A stretch of 34,523 nt of DNA from Vicinamibacteria bacterium (lineage in GTDB: Bacteria > Acidobacteriota > Vicinamibacteria > Fen-336 > JAGNNV01): NCBI GenBank assembly GCA_031364765.1, contig JANLWV010000382.1, forward strand, positions 1 to 34,523. Direction: 5' to 3'. The translations under genes and the position numbers were made by a program. Shown here in pieces: positions 34,412 through 34,523 of this stretch. The notes beneath the pieces were generated by a model. That model worked only from the letters and a program-made list of their open reading frames with translations. It had not been told where the DNA came from and searched no databases. Within the stretch, counting starts at the first letter, position 1. Each line of letters opens with the position of its first letter.

Positions 34412-34523
34412 CAGCGACCGGCTCCTTGCGGGACAGTCGCACCACGGCAAGGAAAAACGACAGGATCAGCGGACCGGCGACGAGCCCGACCGGGCCGAAG
34501 GTGGCGATCCCACCGACGAGCGC
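34386..34523 (-). CDS. C-terminal fragment of an AI-2E family transporter (5' end outside the window)
   Basis: Manual translation ALVGGIATFGPVGLVAGPLILSFFLAVVRLSRK...* matches the GG..FG..GL..GP signature. Not in the ORF track. Confidence 0.7.
   Translation of the reverse strand, partial: ALVGGIATFGPVGLVAGPLILSFFLAVVRLSRKEPVAATEPARQR

Overview
GC-rich bacterial window, possibly Acidobacteriota/Vicinamibacteria-like (an inference from gene content only). It has about 36 CDS and no rRNA, tRNA, CRISPR array or mobile element that I can see. It reads as a general-stress and envelope island: YqjE/YqjK, a ferritin-like protein, OmpA, M48 protease, BON/OsmY, CsbD, GlsB/YeaQ, an NADP oxidoreductase, a passenger-less Omp85, a patatin-Omp85 and an AI-2E fragment. 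These surround a signalling core of two hybrid histidine kinases plus a sigma54 enhancer-binding response regulator, a kaiC-kaiB-kaiB-hybrid kinase operon, a REC-Hpt protein and a NarL regulator. Three things stand out. (1) Almost every transcription unit has a correctly oriented sigma54 -24/-12 promoter (13 exact GGC-N7-TTGCW sites plus 1 degenerate), and a candidate enhancer half-site WWTCTACA recurs in the intergenic regions. This suggests a sigma54-run, possibly Kai-gated, self-activating stress regulon. (2) Three tandem unannotated lipoproteins carry protein-kinase-like motifs (VKVK, E, HTDx[K/R]xxN, DLG). (3) They face a DUF4956 / PLD / exported metallophosphoesterase operon, a candidate extracytoplasmic kinase-phosphatase system. 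All family calls come from motif recognition, not database searches.
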